Shown: one piece after another, positions 1-11,830 of the stretch | Layout of the letters: each line of letters opens with the position of its first letter | Numbering within the stretch: the stretch's first letter is position 1 | Source: Camelus dromedarius | Lineage: Eukaryota | DNA length: 64,000 bases | Assembly: GCF_036321535.1 (NCBI RefSeq) | Contig: NC_087436.1 | Coordinates: forward strand, 119,476,001 to 119,540,000 | Reading direction: 5' to 3' | Translations under genes and position numbers: made by a program | Notes under the pieces: generated by a model | Database searches by the model: none | What the model saw: only the letters and a program-made list of their open reading frames with translations | Told to the model about the DNA's origin: nothing

Positions 1-2049
1 GTTCTGCAAATTTGGGCCGCTGAGTGGAGGCATCCCAGGATTGTAATGAAGGGCAAGACTTATTTGGCCCCTGCCTTCATTGCAACTTCCCCGGAAAAGA
101 CAGATTTGAACCAGCAACGCTATAGATAACTGTAGCTGTCGTGCATGTTGCAGTGGAAAAGTAGGGTACACACAGCCACCCTGAGACATTTTTGTGCCAC
201 TGAGCACGTTTCTCTGAAGCTGGTTTTTCAGGTGACTGCCAGTTGCCAGGTTCAATGGTTATTTCCCAGCCCTTGTCCACTTCTCCTCTGCTCCTTGGGA
301 GCCTTTCTTACCTTGGCCTCCAGGTCACTACGCGCTTCCTCCTTTTCAGTTTCTGTTACTGGGTGCCCTTAGCTTCCCAGCCCTGTGAACACCAGCATGC
401 CTCCTGGGAAATTCTCTGTCTGTAGTTGCCCTCTGGGGAGTCTCTGCTGGACTCTGGCTTTAAATGACAACCAGCCAGGCCTCAGCCCTGAACTCCAGAT
501 GCAGGCATCCAGCCTACGGGACAGCTCCACCTGGACGTCTGACAGGCGTTTCCTGTTTAACAAGCACTGAGCTAAACTGATTTGCTTTTTCGCACTCTGT
601 GAGACCCTTTCCCTATGCAGCTATCCCCATTTTGGTAAATCACAGCCATAGTCGTCTTTTTTTAGGTCTAAAACTTTAGCATCGTCCTTCACTTCTCTTT
701 TCTCACACCCCTCTTCCAGTCTGACAGGTGTTTTGTTTTTGTTTAAGCTCTGTAGATGAATCTGACCTATGGTCAGTTTTGAGAAGCACTGACTTGCTAG
801 GAAATTTTGAACCTCTGCTCTAGTGAAGTCATGTGGATAAAATCTTATTAAAGAAGTCTTAACGGGATAGCCTGGCAGGAGGTGGTTATGGCTTAATGGT
901 CCCCCAGTTGCTCGAGTTATTGGGAAATGGGGAATGGATTCCTGTAGATAAATTAGTAATACTTACTTCTTGTTTATATTAATGTGTGGAAGGTGTATAA
1001 GATATTAGCAAATAAAGAAAAAGAAAACACTTGGAGTCTTAATGCCCCCAAGTAACTGTTGTCTGCATTTTGGTATTTTCCTTTTGGTAATTTTTGCACT
1101 TAAAAAAATTTTTTTTAAAGAAAAGACTGTTTGAAAAGTCTCTGTCGTCTGAGCAGATGTCAGAGGGGGTCAGGGCTGCAGACATTTGGGGATGCTTTAG
1201 AACAGAGTTTGTGATTTTTTTTAGACATAACACTATGTACATAGATGTGAGGGATTGGCACTATTGTCAGGAAAGAGAAGGAGAAAGTTTAAGTCCTGTT
1301 TGGGCTCTGAGGCAGCTGCTGGTTGTGGCAAGGATAGTTCCAGGAAAGGACAGGCTTGCAGGTTTCATTGTCCTGGACTGAAAACACATTGTCCTGGGAG
1401 CAAAGATAGTACATGTGTTTGGGTTTGTATAACCTGGAATGTCTTGAATGGCCTTCTGGAATTTCAGCTCAGCAATGAGATGTTAAAAGAGAGAATCCCA
1501 GAAGAAGGCAAATCCAGGACAACTTACAGTGATACTCATTCTCACTTCTGGGTTCTCGGAAAATCATAAATCATCATAAATAGCGGGAAGGATGAGCCTG
1601 GGTGGTCAGTACAGGTGACTGGCCTACAGGTGAATTCTAAAACAATTCCATTTCATTTAAAAATGATAAATTCCTTCATTTTTATCACCCCATATGCCTT
1701 TGGAAAATGGGTTTGAACCAGCTTACAGAAAGATCAGGTCCCAGTTGTGAGTAAGAAGGACTAAGCACGCTCAAACCTGTCTCTCCTAATGAATGCAGCG
1801 ATAAAACTTGAACTTAGTACACGAAGCAGCAATTTGAGATTCTGAAAAGGAAATAGTAGCACATGGATTGGGGAAGAAGACCAGAATTGGAAATCCTGCT
1901 TGCAGCTGTCAGTCTCCCCCCTTTTCCCCTACTACACTGTGTTCTTGAATGGCAGGAACTGTGTTACAGTGTTCTTTGAATCCCCGGCAGAAAAAAAAAA
2001 TCCTGCTGAATTGATTGAGTTTACCATTGTTTTCCTCCTCTAATATCCC

Positions 2050-4620
2050 CCGGCTTGATGCAGGGCAGTAGAAATAATGGCTGAATATGCCCCAAATCTG
2101 ACATAAATCTACAGATTTGGTGGGCGAGGGGGCCCAGTGAACTCCAAACAGAATAAAGCCAAAAAAGTCAGTGCCCAGACACACTGTAACCAAATTGCTG
2201 AAAGTAAAGACAAAGAAGAAAATCCTAGAAGCAGCCAGAGAAAATGCATTACTTACTGGGGAGTGGCCATTTGGGTGACCGTGATTTCCTCATCAGAAAC
2301 CGTGGAAGCCAGCAGGAAGTAAAGAGCGTTTTTTAAGTGCTGAAAGAAAAGACCGATCAACCCCAAATTCCATATCCAGCAAAAATACCCTTTAGGAGTG
2401 AATGTGAAATAAAGGTCTTTTCAGATGAAGGAAGACTAAGAGAATTTGTTGCCAGCAGATGTAAAAAAAAAAAAAAAAAAAAATCACTAAAGGAAGTTTT
2501 CGAGACAGTAGGGACATTATACTAGAAGGAAACTTGACACGTCAGGAAGGAAGAGGAACAGAAGTGGTCAGTGTCCAGATGAGCACAGCAGACCCTTGTT
2601 CTCTTATGAGGCTGTGAAATACGTTTGGTTGAAAGCAGGAAGTAAAATGTTGTGTGGGGTTTTCAGCGTACCTAGATGTAATGTATATAATAAATAAGAT
2701 AAAGGAGTAGAGGATGTGATGGCAAAGCTCTGCATTCCACTTGAAGTGCTAAAAAACTGATTCTAATTAGATTGTGAAAAATATATATTGTAAATCTCAC
2801 ATCAACCACTGAACTACACAAAGAGTAAAAAACATGATACACTAAAATGGAATTCTAAAAAAAGTTCAGAAAACTGAAATCAAGGCAGCAAAGAGGAAAT
2901 AGAGGAAGGAAAAACAGAGAACAAGATGGTAGGCCTAAATTGAAACATACTAATAATTTACCTTAACGTAAATGGTCTGAAACACCAGTTGTGTGTCTGA
3001 ATGCCCAATTTGGACAGATTGTCAGGATAGGTTAAAAAATAATGACCCAACTATATGCTATCTGAAAGAAATTCACTTCAAATATAAAATATATAGTTAA
3101 AATTAAAGGGTAGAAAAAGATACACTACCATGAGAACACTAATCAAAATGAAGATGGAGGAGATATATTAGTATCAGAAAAAGTAGACTGCAGAGCAAAG
3201 AAAATTACCAGGGATAAGGTGGGATGTTACCTAATGAAGACATAGTGATACTTACTGTGTGTGTACCTAGCAACAGAGCTGCAGAATCCACGGTGCAAAA
3301 CTCGACAGATCTGAAACAAGTGGACAAGCCCACTGTTACAGCTGGAGTGTCAGCCCTGCCCTTTAGACAGTAATTGATATGAGTATTGACAGAATGAGCC
3401 CGGGCGTAGAACTGACCATCAATGAGTCAGGCTAATGGACTTTCTAGACAACACTCTCCCTTTCAGCAAGAGCACAGCACACATTCTTTTCAAGCACGCA
3501 TGGATGTTCCCCAAGATAGACCATAACCTGCATTAGAGAAGAAAATAAATCAGAAAAGATTAAAATTACACCAAATATATTCTCTAACCACAATGGAATT
3601 ACACTAGAAAGCAGTGACAGAAAGACAAGAAGAATGTCTCCCCAAATTTGGAAATTAAACAAGTTACCCACTTCTAAATAAATCTTGGGACAATTAGGAA
3701 GTCACAAGGAAAATGAGAAAATATTTTGAACTGAACAAGAACACAATATCAAAATTTGTGGGATGCAGTACTTAGAGGGAAATTCATAGCATTAAGCCAG
3801 TCACATTAGAAAAGAAAGAAGTTCTCAAATCTAATTTTCTGCCTTAGGAAACTGAAAAAGAAGCAGGTAAACCCAAAGCAAGAAAAAGGAAGGAAATAAT
3901 ACACATAAGAACAGAATTGAATTCACTGAATTGAAAGCAGAAAAATTAAGTCAGTAAAACCAAAAGCAGAATCAATCAGACTCGAACAAAACTGACAAAA
4001 AGACCCAGATTACCAACAAGAGGAATGAAAAGGAGATACCACTACAGACCCTGCAGAAATGGAAAGGATCATAAGTGAATGTCATGAATAACTCCATGTA
4101 CAGAAATTTGATAACTTAGTAAAGATGGTCCATTTCCTTGAAAAATCACAAATCACCAAAACCCATCCAGGACGCAGTAGATAACCCACATTGTCCTGTA
4201 CTTCCTAATGAAATGGAAATTGTATGTAAAAACCTTCCAGATAATCAGTCTCCAGGCCCAGAGAGGGTTTCATTGATGAATTCTACCAAATATTTAAAGA
4301 AAAATAACACCAACTTTAGGAAAGGGGGGATACTTTCTGGCTCATTTATTACCGTTTTATTACTAGTATTACCTTGATACCAAAACCAGACAAGTACAGG
4401 ACAAAGAAGCAAATTGGAGACCAGTATCCCTTGTGAAGAGACATGAAATCCTCAACACAATATTAGCAACTTGAGTTCAGCAACACGTTTAAAAAACAAA
4501 AAAGAAAACCAAAAAATCCCCGCATGACTCCATGGCACTTATCCCAAGAATGCAAAGCTGGTTTAGTATTTGAAAAATCAGTCAGTGTAATCCACAATAT
4601 TAACAATCTTGGGCACATCT
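2050..4620 (+). mobile_element. Decayed LINE-1 (old L1M-type): ORF1 3' part and ORF2 endonuclease/early RT region
   Basis: A-rich strand with L1 ORF2 remnants: LNVNGL (~2960), PTICYLKEIHF (~3047), PKIDH (~3510), FSNHNGITLE (~3580), SPGPE (~4250). Many stops and frameshifts. Confidence 0.85.
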
Positions 4621-4839
4621 CAGGGGTCTTATCTGACTGTAGGACTCCAGTCCCAGAAGTTACCTGCCATGTGATTTTCATTTACATGACATATTTGAAA
4701 AGATAAAGCTGTGGTGCCAGGAGTGGTGCACCAGGGAAGAGTGTGAATGAGATTGGGGGTGGGGCGACAGCACTGTTCTCTGTCTTGATTGTGATTGTGG
4801 CGGCTTCAAGACAACTAATGAATGACTCAGTCAGTTAGG

Positions 4840-5280
4840 GTACTTTGGATCCAGCATTTCCACTTCTAGGAATTTATCCTACAGATGAATTAGTGTGTAG
4901 GTAAAATGATGGCTGTATAAGGGTATTGATTGAGAAAGATTGGGAGATTACAAAGAAGATTGGTTACAGAGATTGGAGACCATCTAAATGCCTGGCAGTA
5001 AAGAATTGGTTAAATCCCTGAATACAATGCAGACCTTAAAAAAGCAAGTTGAATAACCATTTGTGTATCAGTGTGCTCTGCGTGCATAAAGATACATGCA
5101 CATGCTTGTAAACGCAGTTACTATATCAGGAAGGCAATTTTCGAAGCTAGTAATCATAGAATTGCTTCTGAGAGGGGGACCTACTTGGGGGTGAACTTGG
5201 GGGAAGGGGGACCTACTTTGACTGTAACACTCTTCTGTACGTTTTGAATTTTGTGTTCGTGTCTACTCTTAAAATTTTTT
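4840..5280 (+). mobile_element. Old L1 3'-end fragment
   Basis: gatccagcatttccacttctaggaatttatcct resembles the L1 ORF2 3' end (DPAIPLLGIYP-like). Confidence 0.55.
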
Positions 5281-7304
5281 TCTTAAAGTGTGCAGAATGA
5301 TGTTGAGGAATTTGGGCAAAGGACAAGATAAAGCCAGAGCCTAATGGATACCCCAGAATACAACTCACAGATTCCCATGTGACTCCTAGAGGCACACTAC
5401 ATGCAGATTTGACGCTGAGCTTCCTAGTGGCTGGCGCAAAGAGGGGAACATTACACAGCTGGTAGCGATCCAGAGGAGAAAGCTGAGCCTGTTCTGGGAG
5501 CTTTGGCTTGTCAAGGTGGTAGGTGATGGCCTGTTTGTACAGGATCAGGACCTTTGGGTTGAGGATGAGTCTGTTAGGAGATTATCTCACAAATGTCTAA
5601 TCTCTATTAATTTTGGAGTTTAGAGAGGCAGGAGGTTGATTACATATTAAATTTCTACATGATGCCTTTCTGGAAGAGAGGGGAAAGGGAAATGGCAGTG
5701 TGGTCATTAAATTCGAACTTTGTTTTCATTCTATGGATAGATTGTCTCCTACCGTTGTCGTGGTAACAGTTAAGTTATTCTGAGAAGTTTAACTCTCTTA
5801 CCTCAGATGCCTCAATGTAAGCTGAAATTCTAGTGCATAGTGCTTAAGGTTTGCTTATTTTTCCTAATGTGGAAGTGATACATTTCCCCATTAGTCTGAG
5901 AGGGCTGCATTCAGAGCCCACTTTGAGCCTTACCAATGTGACTCCCAGGAAGAGAGAGGAGTTGGAGACAGGAAATGCACAGATCTTTACTGGGACTCCA
6001 ACGACACTTGGGGCCAGAGGGGTCTCGGGTTTGGGAAGGCAGGGGGCCAGGGAAGGACTTTGGGGTCAAAGAGCCCCTTGTCTGGTCTTGGTCCTGTCGC
6101 TCACAGTCAGTTGTGTGGCCTTGGGCTGGCAACTCTGCCCCTCTGAGCTGTGGTCTCCTCCTCTGATGATGCCCATCTCAGGAGGGCTCCGCGGGGTCGA
6201 GCGCAGGTGTCCGGGTGCAGTGGTTGGTGGCCCCTGGGAGCTCAGTGAAGGTCAGCGGTTTCTCTCGCTCTAGTCTCCCCTCATGGCTACACCTTTTCTC
6301 TCATGAGTGGACAGAATTTTAAAAAACAAAACAGAAACTTTGCTGCAAGCATGTTCAGTTTGTTTTGGAAATTGCAGTTGGCAAAATCAGTCTTGGACTC
6401 CATCTGAAATGGTTTAAAAATTGTTTTCTCCATTATAAAAATAGTTCATGAAAAAATACCTGTAAAACACCCAAATGATAGAGGTAGGCAGAGGCAAACA
6501 GGGACGCTCTTCACCCGAGACTCCACAGCCCCTCCCCGGTTGGAGTCTGACAGGCCTTTCTCTGAGCCAGGTTACGTTTGAACATGTGTCACTCGTGGCC
6601 GTACATTTGTGACAGAATGTGCAGCTCCCCTCTGCAGTCGGGTGGCCTGTTGTGCAATCTGAACCAGAAAGGTGCGTTTCACGGACGTAGCTGAATCGAG
6701 GCAGCGTCCTCGGGAGACCGGGGAGGTGGCCTCTGCCCTTCCCCGCACAATTTAACGTGTTGGTATGAAAACACGGACAGCCAGAGAAAACCTCTTTCAC
6801 ACTGATCTAATTCCCAGTGAAAGACTGAGATTTTAAAGTATTTTTTAATCTCTAAGCACTGTGGGCGCGGCAGGGGAGACACTTCTTGGGCCTTGCAGGG
6901 GTCGCCGGGCACCGGCTGGCCGGCTTGTCCGGGGCTGCGGTGCGCGGTGCAGGGCTCGGCCCGCACTCCCGGGGAGGCAAGCCCAGCAAGCGCCCCCGCG
7001 GGACTTGGGGGGCCTTAGACTGGAGGGGAGCAAGGCTATTCACCTTACTTTCCTTTGTTTCCTCTAAACCTTCCTTTTAGTTACTTGTCTAAGGTGAACT
7101 CAGAATGTTACTTACCATCTTGGTGGCGTGTGTCATCACTTCAGGTGGAGTGTTCCCTTTGGCGCCGGAAGCTCCACGGTACCCCTGAATTAATGGGCAG
7201 GTGCTACATTTGTTCCTTGGTCTTATGCCTGGGTCTGATAGCTAATGTGGCCTTAGGGCCAGAAAGGGGGCACTGTTTTGGGAAACTGAAATCTTGGTTC
7301 AGAG

Positions 7305-7430
7305 GCAGCACATCAGGGGAGTTGACAGGAAGAGGCTCTGGAGCCAGGCTGCCTGGGTTTAAATCCTGCCCTGCCACTGACCAGCTGTCACCTGACTGGG
7401 GAGGTTACCCCGAGCATTAGTTGCTGTATC
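7305..7430 (+). mobile_element. MIR SINE fragment
   Basis: MIR core-like ggctctggagccaggctgcctgggtttaaatcctgccctgccact. Confidence 0.7.
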
Positions 7431-7471
7431 TGGGAAGAGACGGAGGTGGGGGAGCTGATGCTGATGGTGCC

Positions 7472-7720
7472 GGTATTCGTTTCCAGTTGCTCCTATAATA
7501 AGTTACCACAAAACTCGGTGGCGTAAAATGACTTACTCTCCTATAGTTTGGAGGTCAGGAGCCTGAAATGAGGCTTCCAGGCTAAAACCAAAGTGTTGGT
7601 GGGGCTGGTCTTTCTAGAGGCTCCGGGAGAGGATCTGTTCTTTCTCTTCCAGCTTCTAGAAGCTGCTGGCATTCCTTGCCTTGTGTTTGCATAACTCCAG
7701 CTTGTTTCCATTGACACATT
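7472..7720 (-). mobile_element. MLT1-type MaLR LTR fragment
   Basis: ttaccacaaaactcggtggcgtaaaa...tggaggtcaggagcctgaaat...ttccagcttctagaagctgctggcattcct is typical of MLT1 LTRs in reverse orientation. Confidence 0.7.
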
Positions 7721-10029
7721 TATCTCCAGGGCCTAGAAGAGTACCTGGCTTCAGTGGATTGTTAAAACATATTTGTTAAATGGATGAATGAATGTCAAAA
7801 TTTCAAAACATACCACTTTGTAGACTTTATACTTATCTCTATGACAACATAGGCATTTCCCCATAACATTAAATATTCTTGCATGATCTCATTTTTACTC
7901 ACTAAGTCATGGCCTTTCTGTAACTGTATCATGATTTCCTTAACCAGTCTCCTAGACTGGGCCCTGAAGTCCTGACTTCAGTAACCTTTTGTTCCTGTGA
8001 AATCTGTGGTCTGTAGCAAGGCTGGGTTCAGCCTGTCTGTTAGGACGCTGCATCAAATCACGCCGTCTTTCCTCCTTGACCTCAAAGTGTAGAGACAACA
8101 ATGTTGTAGATTAGTCAAATAAGCAGATAAACCCAGCGTGCTGCCGGAGGTACAGGAGGCCTGGGGGTGAGCTCTGGTTAACTCAGAAACTTCAGGAGGA
8201 AGAATGCTTTACAGGTGGACGAAGATGGAGGTAAAGTCTAATGCCAGCTCAAAGTAGAGAAAAGGCTCTGTTAACCTATCTTTTTGCTTTAAGTTTCAAA
8301 ATGTAGTAAAAGTCAACCTGCCATTGCATGGTATAATATATAGTTAAAACTTGGTAAGTGGTACTCAATTCTAAAATATGTGCTAGAACTACTGTTAAAG
8401 TAACTTGCAGGTTACAACCTGCCAGAAGAGATAAGCAGTGTGTTTTGGTGATATCTTAACACGTCTCTCTCGTATTCAAGTTCAGTGAGCATGTGGGCCA
8501 GCCGCTAAGGCATGTGCGGCAGTAGTCGTTGGTGGGGGGCATCAAGCGGCTGAGAACCCCACCTCTCTGTGAGACCGGAGCTAACTCCCTTGCAGCTGTA
8601 GAAGTTATTTTCAGAAACTCACCAGTAACCCCTTGGGCCGGTCAGCTTTTGGAAACCTCAGATTTCTCAGTCATAGGACCGAGCACTCCAGTAGTGTAGT
8701 AGTTGTCTGTCTGCTGATCTGGGAGAGACTCGAGGGCAAGGACCTTATTCATCTTTATTCCTGGGGCCAAGCACCTAAGTGCTCATTTGGACGGTTGAAA
8801 GCAGGATGGACCAGTGATGGATTCCACAAATGCTGAGTGTCCCCTCTGTGCTGTGTACTTTGTTCGCCTTCAGTGGTGAAAAGTCTGTAGCAAGTCCCCA
8901 CACTTAGAGGTTCTGCAGTCTCTTGAGGGAAATGAGTGTTAATCAGAGGGTCACGTAATTACAAGCTGTGAGTAAGTGCTGCGAGGAAACAGAACCTGAC
9001 GCTGGGAGAGAGACCGACAGGGTCTCGCTGTAGTCTGCGTGGCAGGGCAGGGAGCGTTTCTGTGGGGATGAGATCTGAAGGATTCATTGCCAGCCTTCTT
9101 ACTGGTTTATTCCCCTAGTGAAGAAGAATGTCAGACCTACAGAAAGGTTCAAAGAGTAATTTAATGATGAACAGCCGTACGTGCTCCTCTCAGACTGAAC
9201 AGTTGTTGACATGTTGCCACATTCTTTCTTATTGTGCCTCTTTCTAGTTTTAAAAAATGGAATCATTTGACACTAAGCTGCAGATATCATGACATCTTAC
9301 CCATAAATACACCAGCATACAGCTCTCTACACAACCATGAATGTGCTATCACACTTCAGAAAATTATCAGTAGTTGCGTAATAGCATCTGACCATGACGG
9401 TGTACAGACCAGGTTCATGCCGAGAGCATGTCCTACTTTCCCTCACTGCACCACACTGCTCTTCATGAACCGGCATCCAGTCAGGTTTGTGCGTTGCCCT
9501 CAGTTACTTGTCCCTTTGTTCTCTTAATAGAAGTTATTCTACCATTCTTTCATGACATTTACCTTTTCTTAGGACCGTAAAAGATTCACTTAACACATTG
9601 AGCAGCTGTGTTAAGTGAGTCAGTTAAATGAACCACTAAGATGGCAAAATTGATTCCAAAGGCATTTGAAGAACTAGGTATTTATGGGCATAAAATAAAA
9701 AAAAAATTAAAATAAGGTTGCTAGGTCAGATGTAAACAAACAAGCAAACTCGTAGGGATAAGAAAACATAATCTTTGTAGTTATCTTTTCCATTGGACAT
9801 AAACCCACAAGGTAATATGTCACATAACAGTTTCTGGGCTCTAATCGAGTGGTAATAGCACAGCACATTCTCCTAGAGAATTACATACACCCGAGGCAGG
9901 CATGCTAACAATGCCCAGGGATAAATTGAAAAGACACCCCTCCCCTGTGCTTTTGTCTTATTTCCACATTTTGAATAATATTTCTTAACAAGGCTTTCCC
10001 TAATACAGCCAGAATCATCCTCTCCCCTT

Positions 10030-10670
10030 TAATCCTATTATTTTTTTAAAATTTGCCTTATACCATAAAGTTCACTCATTGTATATGTTCATGATTTTTA
10101 ATAAACTTGTACAGTTATGCAACTATCTTTGCAATCCAGTTTTAGAATATTTTCATCACTTGAAAAAGTTCCCTCATGCCTGTTTGCAGTGGCTCTCCGC
10201 TCCCGCCTCCAGCTCCAGGCAAACATTAATTTGCTTTCTCTCTAGAGATTTGCTTTGTAAAGAAATTTCATATAAATGGAATCTGCATATTATCTTTTGT
10301 CTGGCATCTTTCGTTCAGCAGTGTTCCTGAGGCTCACCCATGTGGTGTCCATGTGGCAGCGAGTATCAGTGCCCCTTTTCATCGCTCTGTAGATGCTGTT
10401 TATCCAGCCCTCATTCAATGGGTTTTTGGATTGTTTTTGGTGTGGGCTATTATGAATAATGCTGCTGTGAACATTTGCACGCAAGTCTTTTTGTGGACGT
10501 ATTTTTTTCATTTCTCTTGGGTAGGTTCCTAGGAGTGTGGTAGATGTATATAAACTATGCAAGAAACTGTCAGATTCTTTTCCAAAATGGGTGCAACTAC
10601 CAGTGACTTACGAAAATTCCAGATTCTCCACATACTCAACATCACTTGTTATTGCTTTCTTGATTATAGC
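10030..10670 (-). mobile_element. L1 3'-end fragment, antisense
   Basis: The minus strand encodes LLGTYPREMK...HSSIIHNSP, an L1 ORF2 C-terminal remnant; T-rich + strand. Confidence 0.75.
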
Positions 10671-11379
10671 TTGTTGGACATTGTAGGCTTCTGAGTGAAG
10701 AAGTTTCTGATGGCAACCTTGTAATGCTGTTATCTAGAAAATCAGCTGGGGAAAGCCTGGTACTCATCCTCTGGGGACTGATGAATTTCCATCACAGGAG
10801 AATCCCGTGTTGTCTCAGACCATTTGTTCAGCCCTTGGACATTGGACCCATGGCTGGCCTGAAATAAATTTGACCTTATACAGATTTTAAAGATTTAAAA
10901 CATTGAGATATGATGTACAAACTGTGGCGTGCTCTCATCTGAAGTAAACTATCCAATTAGCTTTGATGGATGCTTATCAAGACAATATTTTATCGCCCCC
11001 TGTAGAGTTTCTAATGCCCCTTCCCAGTCAGTCTCCTAGAAGCAGTCACTAGTCAGATTCCTCCCATTGTGTGTTTTCTGCGTGCACCCTGGCGTTTTGA
11101 TTGGACTGATCTTACTGTGGAAAACACGTGAACCGTAGTAGAGTATAAGGAAGAGTAAGATTGCTCATAATCACCCCACTCCCCAGAGGTTACCAGTGTC
11201 AACATTTTCTTGTAATTCCTTCTGGTTAATATGCATGCTCTTTAAAAAAAAATTTCACAAAGTAGAGCTTTGGCGTACGGTGCTCGGTGTTTCGCTGCTC
11301 GTTTTTGGAGCGTACGTTTTCAGGTATGAAACGTGTGTGCTGAGAACGCAGCACATCATGCTGAGTGTGCGCATTTAGG

Positions 11380-11830
11380 CCGGCCCGGTTCGGAGCGGGG
11401 CTGGGCATCGCATCTCTAGACTCCGCTCCTGCAGGGGCTTGTCCAGTGTCCTGAGGGCGCCGGGCGCTGGAGGGACGCCCCCTACCCGGGGCCGTGGGGA
11501 GCCCGGGTTCGCGCGCCAGCCCCGCCCCGGGCCCGCCCCGTTGCCCAGGGTCCCGGCGAGCCAGGCCTGACGCGCCGAACCGGAGTCGCGGATCGGCTGC
11601 GCGGCATCTGCGCGCGATTGAGCGGACTGCCGCCCCCGCCCGCCGGAGCCGCCGCCCGAGGTCCCGCCGCGGAGCCCCGCTCGCCCGCCTGGGCATGGAG
11701 CCGCCGGCCGCGCGCCTCTGAGCCCCGCGGCGTTCATGGTGAGTGGGGCCGGCCCGCCCGCGCCCTCCGAGGGGCCTACCCGCCCATCGCCGGCCCGCGG
11801 GCCCCTGCGTGGGTGCGCCGTGTGCATGTG
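11380..11830 (+). promoter_or_regulatory. TBC1D14: Intragenic CpG island / alternative promoter of TBC1D14
   Basis: Very GC- and CpG-rich. GC boxes CCGCCC at 11522 and 11533. Contains a consensus donor ATG|gtgagt at 11738/11739. Confidence 0.8.
11736..11738 (+). CDS. TBC1D14: Coding part (ATG only) of the alternative first exon of the TBC1D14 short isoform
   Basis: ttcATG|gtgagt is a phase-0 donor joining the phase-0 exon at 17771 (M-EYDDKAG). Total CDS is 1242 nt = 413 aa + stop, matching my recollection of the human short isoform. Confidence 0.75.

Noticed and set aside
2137..4706. Short ORFs (e.g. 2337-2525, 4138-4377) as host exons
   Set aside because: They are fragments of decayed L1 ORF1/ORF2.
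1..11300. Upstream coding exons of long TBC1D14
   Set aside because: I found no TBC1D14-like peptide with splice sites here; those exons probably lie before the window.
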